Shown here in pieces: positions 63,790-64,000 of a stretch of DNA of 64,000 nt. The first letter of the stretch is position 1. Each line of letters opens with the position of its first letter. The DNA is from Octopus sinensis (lineage: Eukaryota). Both the position numbers and the translations under genes were made by a program. The notes beneath the pieces are model-generated. The model had not been told where the DNA came from. It searched no databases and worked only from the letters and a program-made list of their open reading frames with translations. Where the stretch lies: contig NC_042997.1 in NCBI RefSeq assembly GCF_006345805.1, forward strand, positions 3,286,001 through 3,350,000. Reading direction: 5' to 3'.

Positions 63790-63975
63790 ATTATTTATAT
63801 TATTTACATTTAACGGATATTTGTCCTCATCCTGTTTGTTGTTAACACAACGTTACGGCCAATATATTCTCCAGGTTTCATCAGATGTCCTGCAGAAATT
63901 TCTAAATTGTGTCCCCTATCAAAGGTATTTTTCCGAAGTTATTATTATTATCAGCATTATTATTATGATTCAGTA
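63790..63975 (-). mobile_element. (AAT)n/hammerhead element copy 2
   Basis: GACAU CUGAUGA A ACCUG..UGGCC GUAA CGUU GUGUU at 63844-63889. The 3' part aacaacaaacaggatgaggacaaatatccg matches copies 1 and 3. Confidence 0.75.
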
Positions 63976-64000
63976 GTTTTATTTTTGTAGCGTGCATTCA

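Overview
AT-rich, microsatellite-saturated eukaryotic non-genic DNA. The SINE families and repeat density look like a coleoid cephalopod (octopus); this is an inference from recalled repeat sequences. No host protein-coding exon could be supported, and nearly all ORF-track entries are microsatellite or antisense artefacts. The window is a nested retroelement landscape. It holds a near full-length, GC-rich CR1-group LINE (ORF1 plus an uninterrupted 963-aa APE-RT ORF2) and a ~98% identical internal fragment of it; at least four Penelope-like elements (one ~5.9 kb copy bounded by 161-bp direct pseudo-LTRs); five Dong/R4-type fragments tied to (AAT)n tracts; several tRNA-derived SINEs; and mariner and hAT remnants. 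The most striking signal is a set of type I hammerhead ribozyme motifs from several unrelated families. One is fully canonical (1755-1833, minus), one is near-intact with a U3-A8 covariant core (16942-16990, minus), one ends a split Penelope (26424-26468), and one pair lies in the pLTRs of the large Penelope. There is also an inverted pair (63476-63755) and three copies of a short element that appears to join a tRNA-like B box, an (AAT)n tract and a hammerhead. All folding and alignment was done by eye, and no activity is demonstrated.
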